Assembly (NCBI RefSeq): GCF_963921235.1
Contig: NC_086108.1
Coordinates: 18,290,001 to 18,354,000 of the forward strand
From: Mobula hypostoma
Lineage: Eukaryota
Reading direction: 5' to 3'
Length of the DNA: 64,000 nt
Part shown: positions 1 through 13,296 of the stretch, one piece after another
How the letters are laid out: each line of letters starts with the position of its first letter
How positions within the stretch are numbered: the first letter of the stretch is position 1
Notes under the pieces: generated by a model
Database searches by the model: none
Told to the model about the DNA's origin: nothing
The model's input: the letters and a program-made list of their open reading frames with translations, nothing else
Translations under genes and position numbers: made by a program

Positions 1-1139
1 AAACACACAGCAGCCAGATCAGGTCACAGCCTCAGTGCCGCGGAGAAAGGGATGAACATTTACCGGAGAGTGAGGGAAATTAGCCCAACACTCACCTCTG
101 TCCTGACACTTGGGCTTTGGGCTTTCCAGTCTATCTGGGCTGACATTTAAGTTGTTCAAGCACTAGACAGAGCCACTTGCTAGGACCCAGATCCCGGTGC
201 CCAATATGCTTGGGCTGCCCATTCCAAAGCTATTCTCGATCTCACCAAATCAGCTGGGCGCTTGGAGCGATCCAGTCTCGCACCCAGGTTAGATGGATGG
301 ACATCAAACCTCTTACACACCGACTGCTCTCTAAATTGCTCACTCCACCTTTATGAACTCTGTCTGCAAACCCAGCTTGAACATGTTGTGCCGCACGGCT
401 CATCCTCCGAAACAGCTTCACCTCCACCTGCCTCCTCGCTGTCTGCAGCGATAGTTCACCAGAATATGCTTCAATATAGCTATTGTTTTCAGTCGAGTCT
501 CTTGCCTTAAGATCCACCAGTAAGGTATTGCACATCTTCGGAAGTGCCAATAACTTTTCTATTAATATAAAATTATTTGAATCAAATTCAATCAAACAAC
601 TGCAGATGCTATAAATCTGAAACAAAGACAGACTGCTGCAAACATTCCAGCAGCATCTATGGAGAGAGAATGACAGTAAATATTTCAGGTCTGACGCCCT
701 TCACCAGAATATGACCCACTAAGTTGAAGTGCTGCCGAAGTTGATAAACTGCAGAGAGATTAACCCTTACCACTGACAGCTCTTGTGTTCAAATAGATTT
801 ATTTCAAATGGATGTTCTGCCTAAAGTGATAAATTAACCCGCTGGGCTCTTAAACAAGGTCATGGGTGATTTTTATTTTATTTTCCAAACAGTTGATGAA
901 GGCTTTCAAACTTCAGGAGGTCTGCAGCTTCAATAATTTAAGCAGTTGTCTGCAAACGTGCAGCAGCTGTGTGGCAAGACTTTAACAAACATTTGGACTT
1001 TATACATTTGGGTTCATTTGCTATTTTCTGGAGATGGATCTACAAAGAGGAATCAACTTAATATCTGATAAAATGCTCAGACATTGGCTGCAGTCTCTAA
1101 ACAAAGCTTAGGGGTTTAACTGCATGAAGTTTTAACTGA

Positions 1140-1330
1140 AGTGAATTTTGTCAGTCCAGTGAGGTTGAAACACATAGGAATAAGCCCCCCTCTACCCAGC
1201 ATCTTGTTAACAAATGTACAGTCACTGGGGAACAAGATTGAGGATGGACGACGGGCAAGATTGCTGTATCAGAAGGAAATGGGATTGCTGTGTTCTATGT
1301 TTCACGGATACATGGCTCACTCCTGGGCTC
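1140..1330 (+). mobile_element. Rex1/Babar-like LINE fragment (APE endonuclease N-terminus)
   Basis: PPLPSILLTNVQSLGNKIED..RARL, same motif as the longer copy at ~23130-23200. Confidence 0.6.
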
Positions 1331-1394
1331 CTGTGTTTTTCTTTCAATTAGATTCTGGAGTTCCAAACCATAACAGTGGCAATGAGTAAGTTAA

Positions 1395-2520
1395 AAAACA
1401 AACCAGAGTCAACTACCTACCTGTTGAAGTGCAGAACATTTTTTTTCTAAGCAAGACGGGAGAGAGATGTTTGAGTTAAAAAAATGGCAGAAAATGGATG
1501 AAATCCACCCCATGAAGTCATTGCTACAGATTGGGAAGAAATGGGTATGGATAAAGCAGCATAAGGTGGTTTTCCAAAAGACAAAAGAAATGGTGACATC
1601 AGACACTGTAGCCACACATTATGATCCATATTGTCCAGTGATGCTTGCTGTGATGCCTCGCATTATGCTATAGGTCAGTCATGTCACATGTTATGAGTGA
1701 TGGAAATGAGTACCCTATAGCCTTTGCACCTTTGCATCACATTCCCTTACCGCTGCAGAGGAAAAAATTATGCATAGATTGACAGAGAGGCCTTGAGTCT
1801 GTAAAATGTCTCAACCAGTACATAGAACATAGAACAGCACAGCACAGTACAGGCCCTTCGGCCCACCTTGTTGTGCCAACCCTTAAACCCTGCCTCCCAT
1901 ATAACCCCACACCTTAAATTCCTCCATATACCTGTCAGTACTTGTATGGGAGAGAGGTTACTCTCATTACTGATCATCAACCATTAGTGTCCATTTTCAA
2001 TTCACAGAAGTGTGTTCCACTTACAGCAGCAGCACTAATATAGAGATGGGCTCTGTTTCTTGGAGGAGATAACTACAAGATCAAATTTCAGAGGAAAACT
2101 AGTTATGGAAATGCTGGCGCATTGTCCTGTTTACCCTTGGAAAAGGAAATACCTGAAAAATTTTCAAAAGAGGACATTCCTCTTGATGTATTCTCCTTAA
2201 TGCAAATCAAAAGTCTTCCTATTACAGCAGAGATGATCCAGAAAAGACCCCACACAGTCTCAGGTCTTGATGGCCAACTAAAATGGCTGAAACCTGCAGC
2301 AAAAATACCGGTTCCCCCATTTTTTACCAGCGCCAGGATGAACTTGCCTTATGTGGGAATAGAGAGTTGTTATACCGAACAAACTGTGAGCTACATGCTG
2401 GTCATCTTGGTATGGTCAAAATGAAAGCATTGGCTGTAAGCTGTTTCTGATGGCCAGGGATAGATCACCAGATCGAGCAGCTGGCCACGCACTGTTTGGG
2501 ATGCCAATAATTCCAGAAGA
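1395..2520 (+). mobile_element. Decayed Ty3/Gypsy pol fragment (RNase H to integrase Zn-binding region), interrupted by a CR1 3' tail at ~1821-1935
   Basis: Frameshifted motifs THYDP..PVMLA, PIAFA..SLTAAE..YA.IDREALSL, LITDHQPLVSIF, RWALFL, LHAGHLGMVKMKALA, WPGIDHQIEQLA. Confidence 0.75.
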
Positions 2521-3132
2521 ATTGGAGCTGATATACTACATGGGGCAAGTATAGAAAACATAGAAAAACATAGAAAACCTACAACACAATATAGGCCCTT
2601 TGTCCCACAATGCTGTGCCAAACATGTACTTACTTTAGAATTTACCTAGGGTTACCATAGCCCTCTATTTTTTTAAGCTCCATGCACCTATCCAGGAGTC
2701 TTTTCAAAGACCCTATCGTATCTGCCTTCACCACCGTTGCCGGCAGCCCATCCCAGGTACTCACCACTCTCTGCGTAAAAAAACTTACCTCTGACATTTC
2801 CTCTGAATCTACTTCCAAGCACCTTAAAACTGTGCCCTCTCATGTTAGCCATTTCAGCCCTGGGAAAAAGACTCTGCCTATCCGCACGATCAATACCTCT
2901 CATCATCTGATACACCTCTATCAGGTCACCTCTCATCCTCTGTCGCTCCAAGGAGAAAAGGCCAAGTTTACTCAATCTATTCTCATAGGGTATGCTCCCC
3001 AATCCAGGCAACATTCTAGTAAATCTCCTTTGCACCCTTTCTATAGTTTCCACATCCTTCCTGTAGCGAGGTGACCAGAACTGAGCACAATACTCCAAGT
3101 GAGGTCTGACCAGGGTCCTATATAGTTGTAAC

Positions 3133-5042
3133 CAATGTTCCCTCTAATTTTTAGTAGTCAGTGTGCGAAAAAATCTTATGTTGTGCAAATTTTTTTCCTG
3201 TGACAAAAGTATGTACGCACTGAATGCACACATGGGACAGTTTATGTTGGTTTACAAAATATTTGACATAAAACTGCAGAGAAGAACACCAAAATAACAT
3301 ACATATTTATATCACACACACAAAAAATGCTGGTGAACACAGCAGGCCGGGCAGCATCTAGAGGAAGAGGTGCAGTCGACGTTTCGGGCCGACACCCTTT
3401 GTCAGGACTAACTGAAAGAAGAGATAGTAAGAGATTTGAAAGTGGGAGGGGGAGGGGGAGATCCGAAATGATAGGAGAAGACAGGAGGGTAGAGATGGAC
3501 CCAAGAGCTGGAAAGCTGATTGGGAAAAGGGATACGAGGCTGGAGAAGAGAGAGGATCATGGGACGGGAGGCCTGCGAAGAGGTTGGGGGGAAGCCCAGA
3601 GGATGGGCAAGGAGTTATAGTGAAAGGGACAAAAAAAGAGAGAAAAAAGGGGAAAGAAAATAAATAAATAAATAAATAAATAAATAAACAACCAAACAAA
3701 CAAATAAATAAGGGATGGGACACGACGGGGGGGAGGGGCATTAACGGAAGTTAGAGAACTCAATGTTCATACCATCAGGTTGGAGATATTTAATTTTTAT
3801 CATATTTAAGTCACTCAGTTAGTTTTTCTCTCTCCTGTCTTTGGCATTTACCCATTCTTAGTAAACTCTATCTCGACTAATAGAACTTCCATCCTATTGA
3901 TAGCCTTTGATTCTCATTAACATATCCAAATGACATTCACCTAAACGATTTCTCAGCTTGTTTTTGAGTTGATTCATTAGGCTAAAACCTCATTCACAGT
4001 CCGCACTAGACACAAGAAAGGTTCCCCCAATGTCCATCAATCATGCAAGGTCACAAATCTGTTCATTTTGAAGTACAAATGCCACTATTTGAGCAAAGTT
4101 TGAAATCGGTTTGGATTTAATTTTTTCTTGCACGGAAAATTTGAAATCATTAAACTGTTACAATATTTTCAGCTAGAAATTCATGATATTTTAGACATAA
4201 GGCATTAACTTGTTCATTGCCAAATGTGAGGTCTGCAATTATGGAGAAATCAAAAGCTGACCATTCTAGTACCTCAAATTAGATCTCCTCTGAGTTTGAT
4301 CATTTTTGCTCTCGCTCATCTACACTCAACCGTAACATGCGTAGCACTCCTGTAACGGGTAATGACAGGTTCTGTTGCCTGAGCTTTTGTACACAGTCCA
4401 AATGTGATTTACTTGCCAAATGGCGCTTCAAAAAGTCAAGTTTCCAAATATCATCCCTCTTCTTTCCACTAGCAAATTCTCCAGCAACTTCCACATCACG
4501 ACAACAAATCAAACAGATAACTCCAGTTTCCGAATCATACATAAATATTTCTCGTAGCTGAATGTTCATGACCTCATGAGCTTTCAGTGTCACAGTTTCT
4601 ACTATATTGTTAAGCCATTCAACTTTAAACAGATTTGTAGTTCTTTTGCGCTTCACACCTTCGCTTCTTTTGAATTCGACATTGTGAATCAATATTTTTC
4701 CAATAAAAACTTAGTAAGCCATCTACAGGATTTGAAACAGATCTTTGTGAACTTTACGATATGAACACTGTCCGCCAAACATGGCTGCCCCCGTGATGCA
4801 GCTTTACAAACTGGAACAGGATAGGTGAGGTGACGTAAATTAGTGACGTGCATTGTGGTATTTGATAAACCGACTAACTAGTTAACAGAAACAGTTAGCT
4901 AAGAGATTATTTTGAGTAAGTATAATTATTAACTACTACATTATTTGAGGTAACTAACCTTTTATGCACACATTAATTTCCTTTGTGCACTGGTTGAAAA
5001 ACACGTATGCATGCACACGCACACAGCTTAGAGGGAACTATG
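3133..5042 (-). mobile_element. Internally deleted hAT DNA transposon (TTF-type Zn finger, ZNF862-like transposase remnants)
   Basis: 8-bp TSD GTTGTAAC (3125-3132, 5043-5050); TIRs CAATGTTCCCTCTAA / TTAGAGGGAACTATG; ORF 4300-4692 (FKVEWL..CLICC..LKRHLASKSH); hAT dimerization-like motif SSADCE*GFSLMNQLKNKLRNRL..HLDMLMRIK at ~3905-4015. Confidence 0.88.
3313..3786 (-). mobile_element. Penelope-like element 3' fragment nested in the hAT element; contains (AAAT)n and a hammerhead-like motif
   Basis: End of the GIY-YIG ORF (LQPDGMNIEFSNFR*) at ~3741-3786, followed by a tail closely similar to 38990-39480. Confidence 0.8.
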
Positions 5043-6289
5043 GTTGTAACATTACCTCTCGGCTCTTAAGTTCAATCCCACAGTTGATAAAGGCCAATGC
5101 ACTGTCTGCCTTCTTAACCATGGAGTCAACCTGCGCAGCAGCTTTGAGTGTCCTATGGACTTGGATCCCAAGATCCTTCTGATCCTCCACACTGTCTTAC
5201 CATTAATACTATATTCTGCCATCATATTTGACCTACCAAAATGAACCACCTTACACTTATCTGGGTTGAACTCCAACTGCCACTTTTCAGCCCAGTTTTG
5301 CATCCTATTAATTTCTGCTGTAACCTCTGACAGCCCTCCACCCTATCCACAACACCTCCAACCTTTGTGTCATCAGCAAATTTACTAACCCATCCCTCCA
5401 CTTCCTCAACTAGGTCATTTATAAAAATCACGAAGAGGTCCCAGAACAGATCCCCGAGGCACTCCACTGGTCACCGTCCTCCATGCAGAATATGACCCGC
5501 CTACAACCACTCTTTGCCTTCAGTGAGCAAGCCAGTTCTGGATCCACAAAGCAATGTCCCTTTGGAACCCATGCCTCCTTACTTTCTCAATAAGCCTTGC
5601 ATAGGGTACCTTATCAAATGCCTTGCTGAAATCCATATACACTACATCTACAGCTCTACCTTCATCAATGTGTTTCGTCACATCCTCAAAAAATTCATTC
5701 AAGGTCATAAGGCATGACCTGCCTTTGACAAAGCCATTAACATCCACTAGACTAATCTCCCATGAGACTAATAATTTTATACAATTTCTGAAATTTATAA
5801 CATGAGGCTGTTTTGACTCCTTGGACTGTATGTATAATGTGGCCAGTGCATCTACCATGAGATGCCAATTCCTCTTTAGATAGATCTGATATCTTTACCA
5901 TGCATAGCGTTGATAGGCTCTTGATGGTCTGTATAGACTTGGTTCAATACTGATAATTCAAAGGCAATCTAAGCTCCCTGACATTTAGCCTCTTAAGAAA
6001 CCAGATTTAATCCCTTCAGTGTTGGTGGCTTTACATGGGTCATAACTGATAGTCATTCCCTCCAACTCTTCCTTTCCACTAATTTTCTTTTCTCTGACAC
6101 TCTGAACATGCACCCTTACACAAAATTGCGGTTAAATGTTTTAATTTTGAGGCTTAGTGCAAGATTTAGTCTTGGGGATCTCCTTGAGAGGTCAAACATG
6201 TGAAAGGCACGATATTAGTGGGAATACTCTGAACCAATGGTAAAATGATAGGACAATGTGTGGAAACCCGGTCCTGCAGTCAACCACCC

Positions 6290-6570
6290 ATTTCCACTAA
6301 TCCTGTTTTATTCTCCCCACATTGGCATCAACTCCATATTCTCCCCCCCCCCACCCGATTATATCACTCCCCTACAAACCAGGGCAGCTTACAACAGCTG
6401 AACAACTTACAACCTGCATGTCTTTGGGATCTGAGAGGAAAGTGGAGCACTCTGGAGAAACCCTGTGGTCTTAAGGAGAACATGCAAACTCCACACAGAT
6501 AGAAGTTAGGATCAAGGCTTTTTCATGTGACCTGTGAGGCAACAGATCTACTAGCTGTGCCACAGTATTA
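6290..6570 (-). mobile_element. V-SINE/HE1-like SINE, decayed
   Basis: gcatgtctttggga..gaggaaa..ggagcac..ggagaaaccc..gagaacatgcaaactccacacaga core. Confidence 0.65.
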
Positions 6571-6669
6571 GTATATTCTGTTATCAGATGCTTCGGAAAA
6601 TTCAGAACTATAAATATTCAAAACCTTAGATCTAGAAACTTGTTCCTACATAAAACAGGAAGATCATAC

Positions 6670-9600
6670 AGTTTAACACATAGCTAAGGAGTTGGTGCAG
6701 AAAGGAGGGCTTTAGATTTTTGTATTATTTGGCTCTCTTCCAGGAAAGGTGGGACCTGTACAGAAGGGATGGTCTGCACATGAGCTGGAGGGGATCTAAT
6801 AGCCTAGTGGTAAGGTTTGCTTGTACTGCACAAGGGGGTTGCAGAACCAGTGCATCAGAACACATAGTGGCGTGGTTGTGAAGAAAGATGTTAAGCCTAC
6901 ATACAAAGTCAGGAAAGGTGGGACTAATGTCCTGGGTACGTATATTTCAATGCAAGGAGTATCATAGGAAAGGTGGGTGAGCTTAGGCATGGATCAGCAT
7001 GTGGAATTACGCCATTAGTGAGACTTGGTTGCAGGAGGGGCAGGACTGGCAGCTCAGTGTTCCAGGGTTCTGTTGTTTTAGATGTGATAAAGTGGGTGGA
7101 ATTAAAGAAGTCAGAGAAAATGTCACTGCAGTGTTCAGACAGGACAGACTAGAGAGTTCATCTGAAGAGTTTTATAGGTAGAACCGAGGATAAGAAATTT
7201 ATGACCATGTTAATGGAGTTATAATATGGACAACTCAGCAGTCCACAGGGTTTGTAGAAAGATCGTAGACTGTTGCAAGAAACATACAGTTGTGTTAGTA
7301 GGTGATTTTAACTTTCCACATATTTACTGTTAAAGAACTGGATGGGATGGGTTAAGAGTTCGACATATGTGTTCAGGAAAATTTCCTTAATACAGTAAAT
7401 ATATCAAAATCCTAATAAGAGAGAGTGCAATACTAGATCTCCTATTATGGAATGAGACAGGGCAGGTGATAAAGGTTTGTGAAGGGGAACACTTTGCATC
7501 TGGTGATCTAATGCCATTAGTTTCAAGTTATTTTGGAAAAGGATAGGTCTGGTCCTCGGGTTGATACTCTTCATTGGAGAAAGGCCAATTTTGCTGGTAT
7601 CAGAAAGGATCTGGCAAGTGTGGATTGAGACAAGCTGTTTACTGGCAAAGGTGTACTTGGTAAGTGACAGGCCTTCAAAGGTGAAAGCTTGAGAGTACTA
7701 AGCTTGTATGTGCCTTTCAGAATAAAAGGCAAGAATAAGAATAACAAGATAACAAGAAATATTGAAGCCCTGGTTAAAAAAAGGAGGTACATAGTGGGTA
7801 TAGGAACAAATGAGGTACTTCATAAGTATAAGAAATGCAAGAGAACGCTTAAGAAGGAAATCAGGGCTAAAGGAGGCATGAAATTGCTCTTGCAGACAAG
7901 CTGAAGGAGAATCCTAAGGGCTTCTACAAATATATTAAGAGCAAAAGGATTGCAAGGGACAAAATTGGTCCTCTGGAAGATCAGAATGTTAATCTATGCA
8001 TGGAGTCAAAAGAGATGTTAAATTGATCTTAAGTTCATTTTTTGCATCTGTATTTACTCAGGAGATGGATGCAAAATCTAAAGATGTGAGGCAATGTAGC
8101 AGCGAGGTTGTGGACCCTTTTCAGATTACAGAGGAAAAGGTGTATGCTGTCTTGAGGCAAATTAGAGAGAATAAATCCCCAGGGCCTGACAAGGTGTCCC
8201 TTCAGACCCTGTAGGAGGCAAATGCAGACATTACAGGGACCCTAGGAAAGATATTTAAATAGCCCTTAGTGAAAGGTCAGGTGCCGGAGGATTAGAGGTT
8301 AGCTAATATTGTTCCACTGTTCATGAAAGGCTCCAAGAATAAATTGGGGAATTATAGGCTGGTGAGCCCGACATCAGAAGTGGGAAAGTTATTGAAAGGT
8401 ATTCTAAGCTACTAGATATATAAGTATTTCGATAGACGAAAACTGATTAGGAACAGTCAACATGGCTTTGTGCATGGTATGTCATGTCCAGTCAATTTCA
8501 AGAGTTTTTTGAGGAAATTACCAGGAATTTTGATGAAGGCAAGGCAGTGAATTTTGTCTACATGGATAAGGTCCTGCATGGGAAGTTGGTCAACAAGGTT
8601 TAGTTGCTTGGCATTCACGATGAGGTAGTAAATTGGTTTAGTCATTGGCTTTGGGGGAAAACCAAAGAGTGGTGTAGAATGGTTGCTTCTCTGACTGGAG
8701 GCAGAATAACATTAGCTAACCCCCAATCCTCTAGTACCTCACCTGTTGCTAAGGATGATTTAAATATCTCTGCTAGAGCCCCTGCAATTTTTGCACTAGC
8801 GTTGCAGGGATCAGTGTTGGGTCCGTTGTTGTTTGACATCTATATCAATAATGTGGATGATAATGTGGTTAACTGGATCAGCAAATTTGCAGATGACATC
8901 AGGATTGGCCAAGCAGGGTAGGTCTTACATGGTGAGTGATCGGGCACTGAGCTGTGCAGTAGAACACAGAGATCTAGGTATACAGATCCATAATTCATTG
9001 AAAGTGGCATCACATGTAGATAGGATTATAGAGAAAGCTTTCAGCACATTAATCTTTGTAAATCAAAGTACGGAGTACAGGAGTTGGGATGTATATTAAA
9101 ATTGTATAAGACATTAGTGAGGCCTAATTTGGAGTATTGTGTGCAGTTTTGGTCACCTACCTACAGGAAAGATGAAAATAAGATTTAAAGTGTGCAGAAA
9201 AAATTTACAAGGGTGTTGCTGGGACTTGAGTACCTGTGTTATAGGGAAAGGTTCAATAAGGTTGGACCTTATTCCCTAGAATGTAGAAGATTGAGGGGAG
9301 GTTTAATAAAAGTATACAAAATTATGAGGGATACAGATAGTGTAAATGCAAGCAGGTTTCTCCACTGAGGTTGGGTGAAGCTACAACTGGAGGTCATGGG
9401 TTAAGGGTGAAAGGTGGAGTGTTTAAGGAAAACATGAGGGGAAACTCCTTCACTCAGAGGGTGGTGAGAGCATAGAAAGAGCTGCAGGTGCAAGTGGTGG
9501 ATGTGGGTTCGATTTCAACATTTAGGAGAAACTTGGATCGGTACATGGATGGGAGGGGTATGGAGGGCTATGGTCTGGGTGCAGGTCAATGGGACTGGGC

Positions 9601-9670
9601 AGATTAATGCTTCAGCATGGTTTAGATAGGCCAAATGGATTCTCTCTTTGCCGTAGTGTTCTATGACCCT
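6670..9670 (+). mobile_element. Decayed CR1 LINE (APE plus RT), many stops and frameshifts
   Basis: [41 protein letters not shown] and YCVQFWSP motifs. Confidence 0.9.
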
Positions 9671-10689
9671 AGGAGATCAGTTGTTTCATGGTTGCTGTTC
9701 AAGGCTAAGATGTTGCTTCCTGAATGGGAATTTACTGGAGACAGGAACCAAAAGACTTGAGAGATCATCAATTAGCATATCCCTTCTGGTTGTTCCACCA
9801 CAGAAGGTCCAAGCTTTCTCTGAGATATACTCTGTCCCCATTATCTTCAAATTTGCTGTTCATGGATTCAAATCCCATCTCAAACTGTTTTCCAACATGT
9901 ATATGTACATATGCTCTTGAATGAACCAGTCATTGCCTATATAAATAAGGCATCAGTTAATAGGTCTGTTTCGTCAAGTGACTCTCTTTTGCTCGTTGTT
10001 TTCAAACAGAAAGGCCATTTTACAAAGCTACACCAGTTTTGAAACTGACCCCACTGTTTTGTGGGTTTCAGTGGAATTAGTTAGTTAATATTTTTTCCTT
10101 TCTTAGTGTCTTGGCTTTTTAATCTACTTATTAATGGGCTCAAAAGATGTTTTAGTGTCATCAGCATTGCTTTGTTATCTCTGTTATGAATGTCACTCTC
10201 ACTTGTAGACAAGGATTTAGAGTGTACTGACTGTTGGAGAATAACACTGGTGAGTTTACCAACAGTCTTTGGAAATCTACAGGAGACTGTAGATGCTGGA
10301 ATTTAGAGTGCAAAATATTTTGCTGGAGGAACACATCAGACCAGACAGCATCTGTGGAAGCAGAGGAATCCCGTGCCTCTACAGATCTTCCTTGCCTTCC
10401 TGATCTCCTCCAGCAGCTGTATTTTGGAACAGTCTCTGGGAATGGTCATCAGCCACTGAGGTAAGAACACGCATGGTTCTGGGGCTGATGCAGTGGTTTG
10501 GGCCCAATATTCAGGACTTTCATGGTGGCTTCATTTGTAATTCTTTCCAGGTGAGCAATTTGATGTCTGGAGTATTGTAAAGTGGTCATTACCAGTAACA
10601 AGCGCAAACATACCCTGTAATTGTGGGTGCAGTGCTGGTGGAGCGATGGGAGCTCCACTGCCTCCTGGAAGGCAGTGACTGCTTGAAGG

Positions 10690-11640
10690 AGATCAGAATC
10701 AGGTTTATTTTCACTGACATATGCTGTGAAATATGTTGTTTTACATCAGCAGTAGAGTGCAATGCATAACAAATTACTATATGTTACAATATGAAGTAAA
10801 AGGAAGTAAATAGGTAGTGCATAAAAAGAGCAAAATAGTAAGGTGATATTCATGGGTTCATAGACCATTCAGAAATCTGATGGCAGTGGGGAAGAAGTTG
10901 TTCCTAAACGTTGAGTGTGGGTGTTCAGGTTGCTGTACAACCTCCCTGATGGTAGTAATGAGAATAAGGTATGTGTTGGTTGGTGAAGGTCCTTAATGAT
11001 GGATGCCGCCTTCTTGGGGCAGTGCCTTTTGAAGATGTCCTCAATGGTGGAGAGACTAGTGCCCATGATGGAGCGGGCTGAGTTTACAACCCTCTACAGC
11101 TTTTTCTGACCCTGTGTATTGGAGCCTCCATACCAGATGACGATGCCCTCCATGGGATATCAGTAGAAATTTGCTAGAGTCTTTGGTGACATACCAAATC
11201 TCCTCAAACTCCAAATGAAATATAGCCACTGCCATGCCTTCTTCATAACTACATTGATATATTGGGCCCAGGATAGATCTTCAGTGATGTTGATACCCAG
11301 GAACTTGAAACCGCTCACTCTTTCCACTGCTGACCTCTTGATGTGGACTGGTGAGTGTGTATTTGCAGATAATGGGGACAGAGTATATCTCAGAGAAAGG
11401 TTGGACCTTCTGTGGTGGAACAACCAGAAGGGATATGCTAATTGATGATCTCTCTAAGCTTCCACTTCCTAAAGTCCACAATCAATTGCTTGGTCATACT
11501 GACACTGAGTACATGACCGTTGTTGTGATACCAGTCAGCCAGTCCATCTATCACTCTCTTGAACATCTCTTTGCTACTATCTGAGATTCTGCCAACAATT
11601 GTTGAGTTATTGACAAATTTTTAGATGTGTTAGAGCTGTG
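10690..11640 (-). mobile_element. Rex1/Babar-like LINE 3' fragment
   Basis: VERVSGFKFLGINITEDLSW..KKAWQWLYFIWSLRRFGM..; (ATCAGA)n-like tail at ~10692. Confidence 0.8.
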
Positions 11641-13296
11641 CGGTCAAGAGTTCATCATTATTGTACAAGAGGTCCACTCAAGAATCTTATCACAGTGGGA
11701 CAAAAGCTGTCCTTTAGCCTGCTGGTAAATGTTTTCAAGCTTTTGCATCTTTTGCCTGATTGAAAGGGGAGAAAAGAAGAGGGCAGGGGTCTTTGATTAT
11801 GTTCGCTGCTTTCCTGAGGCAGCAAGAAGTATAATTACAGAGACCTCAGTAATCAATGTCCATTGTGTACAGCACATGGTGCTCCCTCTGTAATCAATGC
11901 CCTCTGTAGGCAGAGATTATAATCATTGTCTTCTCTAGACATGACCTCTGGATTGTGATCTCATTAGACAGTAGTCTTTGTGAACAGTGTGGATTGTGCT
12001 GTCTGTAGACATTGCCTCTGTAGACATGATCTGTCTTCACAGTCCTTCTCTGTGGGCAGTGTCTTTTGTAGGTCATGTTGTCAGAGTGCTCCTTATGGCC
12101 CACTGGTACATACTGTGTAGTGACATGAAACAGCTTCAAACTGGTACTCATTCAAGTTCCCTTTCAAGTTATCAGCTCTCCAGAGGAAAAAGGCCATTTG
12201 TGTTTCTTCAGCTCAGCCTGTGGCACAAAATTTCAGTGCCTTCACCGCCCCAACTTGATGCTTGAAGCAAGGCCATCATGTTGGAGCAAGACATGCAACT
12301 TCCACTGCATTGCTTGCACACCTGCTTCCAAGCCCACCCTCGCTGGACAGATTTGACACCTTTCAGGAATTCCTGAGCCAGTTTGGGAATTCTCAGGAAG
12401 GAGTAGCTTGGGTAACAAGTTATGCAAATAAAACTTCTTTCCAGCAGATTTGCAGGTTCAGAATCCCAAGACGAATGAGTGAAGTATCTCTGTTTCTTAG
12501 TCCATGGAAGTGATTGACATTGGGAATCTTGTAGTATCACCCATCGTTAAAACCTCTAGTCAACTAAAATGCTAAGTTGAAGTTATTCTCTTGTGTACAA
12601 GTATAGTGAGGTACAGGTACTGAGAAAAAATTACTTGCGGTATCATCACTAGCACATCAATTTAGACAATACAGGATATCGGTTATACATAGATTATATA
12701 TAGTGAAGAAAAAAAGACTGCAAAACAAAAAGTAAGTTAAACAACACAATCAGAGACAGTTCCAGATTAGTGCAAGAGGTGATTTGTATGGCTCCATTGC
12801 TGAGATAGTGTTAGAGTTATGCAGATTGGTTCAGGGATCTTTTGGTTGTAAGAGAGTAACTGTTCTTGAACCTGGTAGTGTGGGACTTGAGGCTTCTCTA
12901 CTTCCTGCTTGATGGTAGCAGTGAAAAAAGGCATAACCCAGATGGTTGATAATCCTCGATGGTAGATGCTGCCTTCTTGAGGGAGCACCTTCTGCAGGTG
13001 CTGAAGATTGTGGGGAGGGCTGTGCCATTGATGGACCAGGCTGTGTCCACTACGCTATTCAGCCTCTGTGTTACTGTGCGTTGGGATTACTGTGTTTTGT
13101 CATTGTGGATTCACTCAAGATGCTTCCATTGGTGCTTCTGCTGAAGTTTAGACAATTTGGTGACATACCCTTTCCAATGATTGTCCTAGGTAATATTGAA
13201 CCAGGTGGCCATTGGTCTTTCCCTGGAGTGGGTAGGGGGGATAGGCGGGCTTGGGGATTTACTCAGTGCACTAAAAGGCATTGCATTGTATTGCAG

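Larger units (their letters stand above)
2550..5745 (-). mobile_element. CR1-clade LINE, 5'-truncated (RT plus 3' tail), split by a hAT insertion
   Basis: [21 protein letters not shown] and YCAQFWSP..RKD motifs on the minus strand; (ATAGAAA[A]C)n tail at ~2550-2578. Confidence 0.9.

Noticed and set aside
242..625. 127-aa minus-strand ORF
   Set aside because: No recognisable domain or splice context; it begins in a repeat tail.
9980..10080. Strong-looking splice acceptor (ctctcttttgctcgttgttttcaaacag) as an extra PBX exon
   Set aside because: The downstream sequence shows no PBX similarity, and an exon cannot be supported without transcripts.
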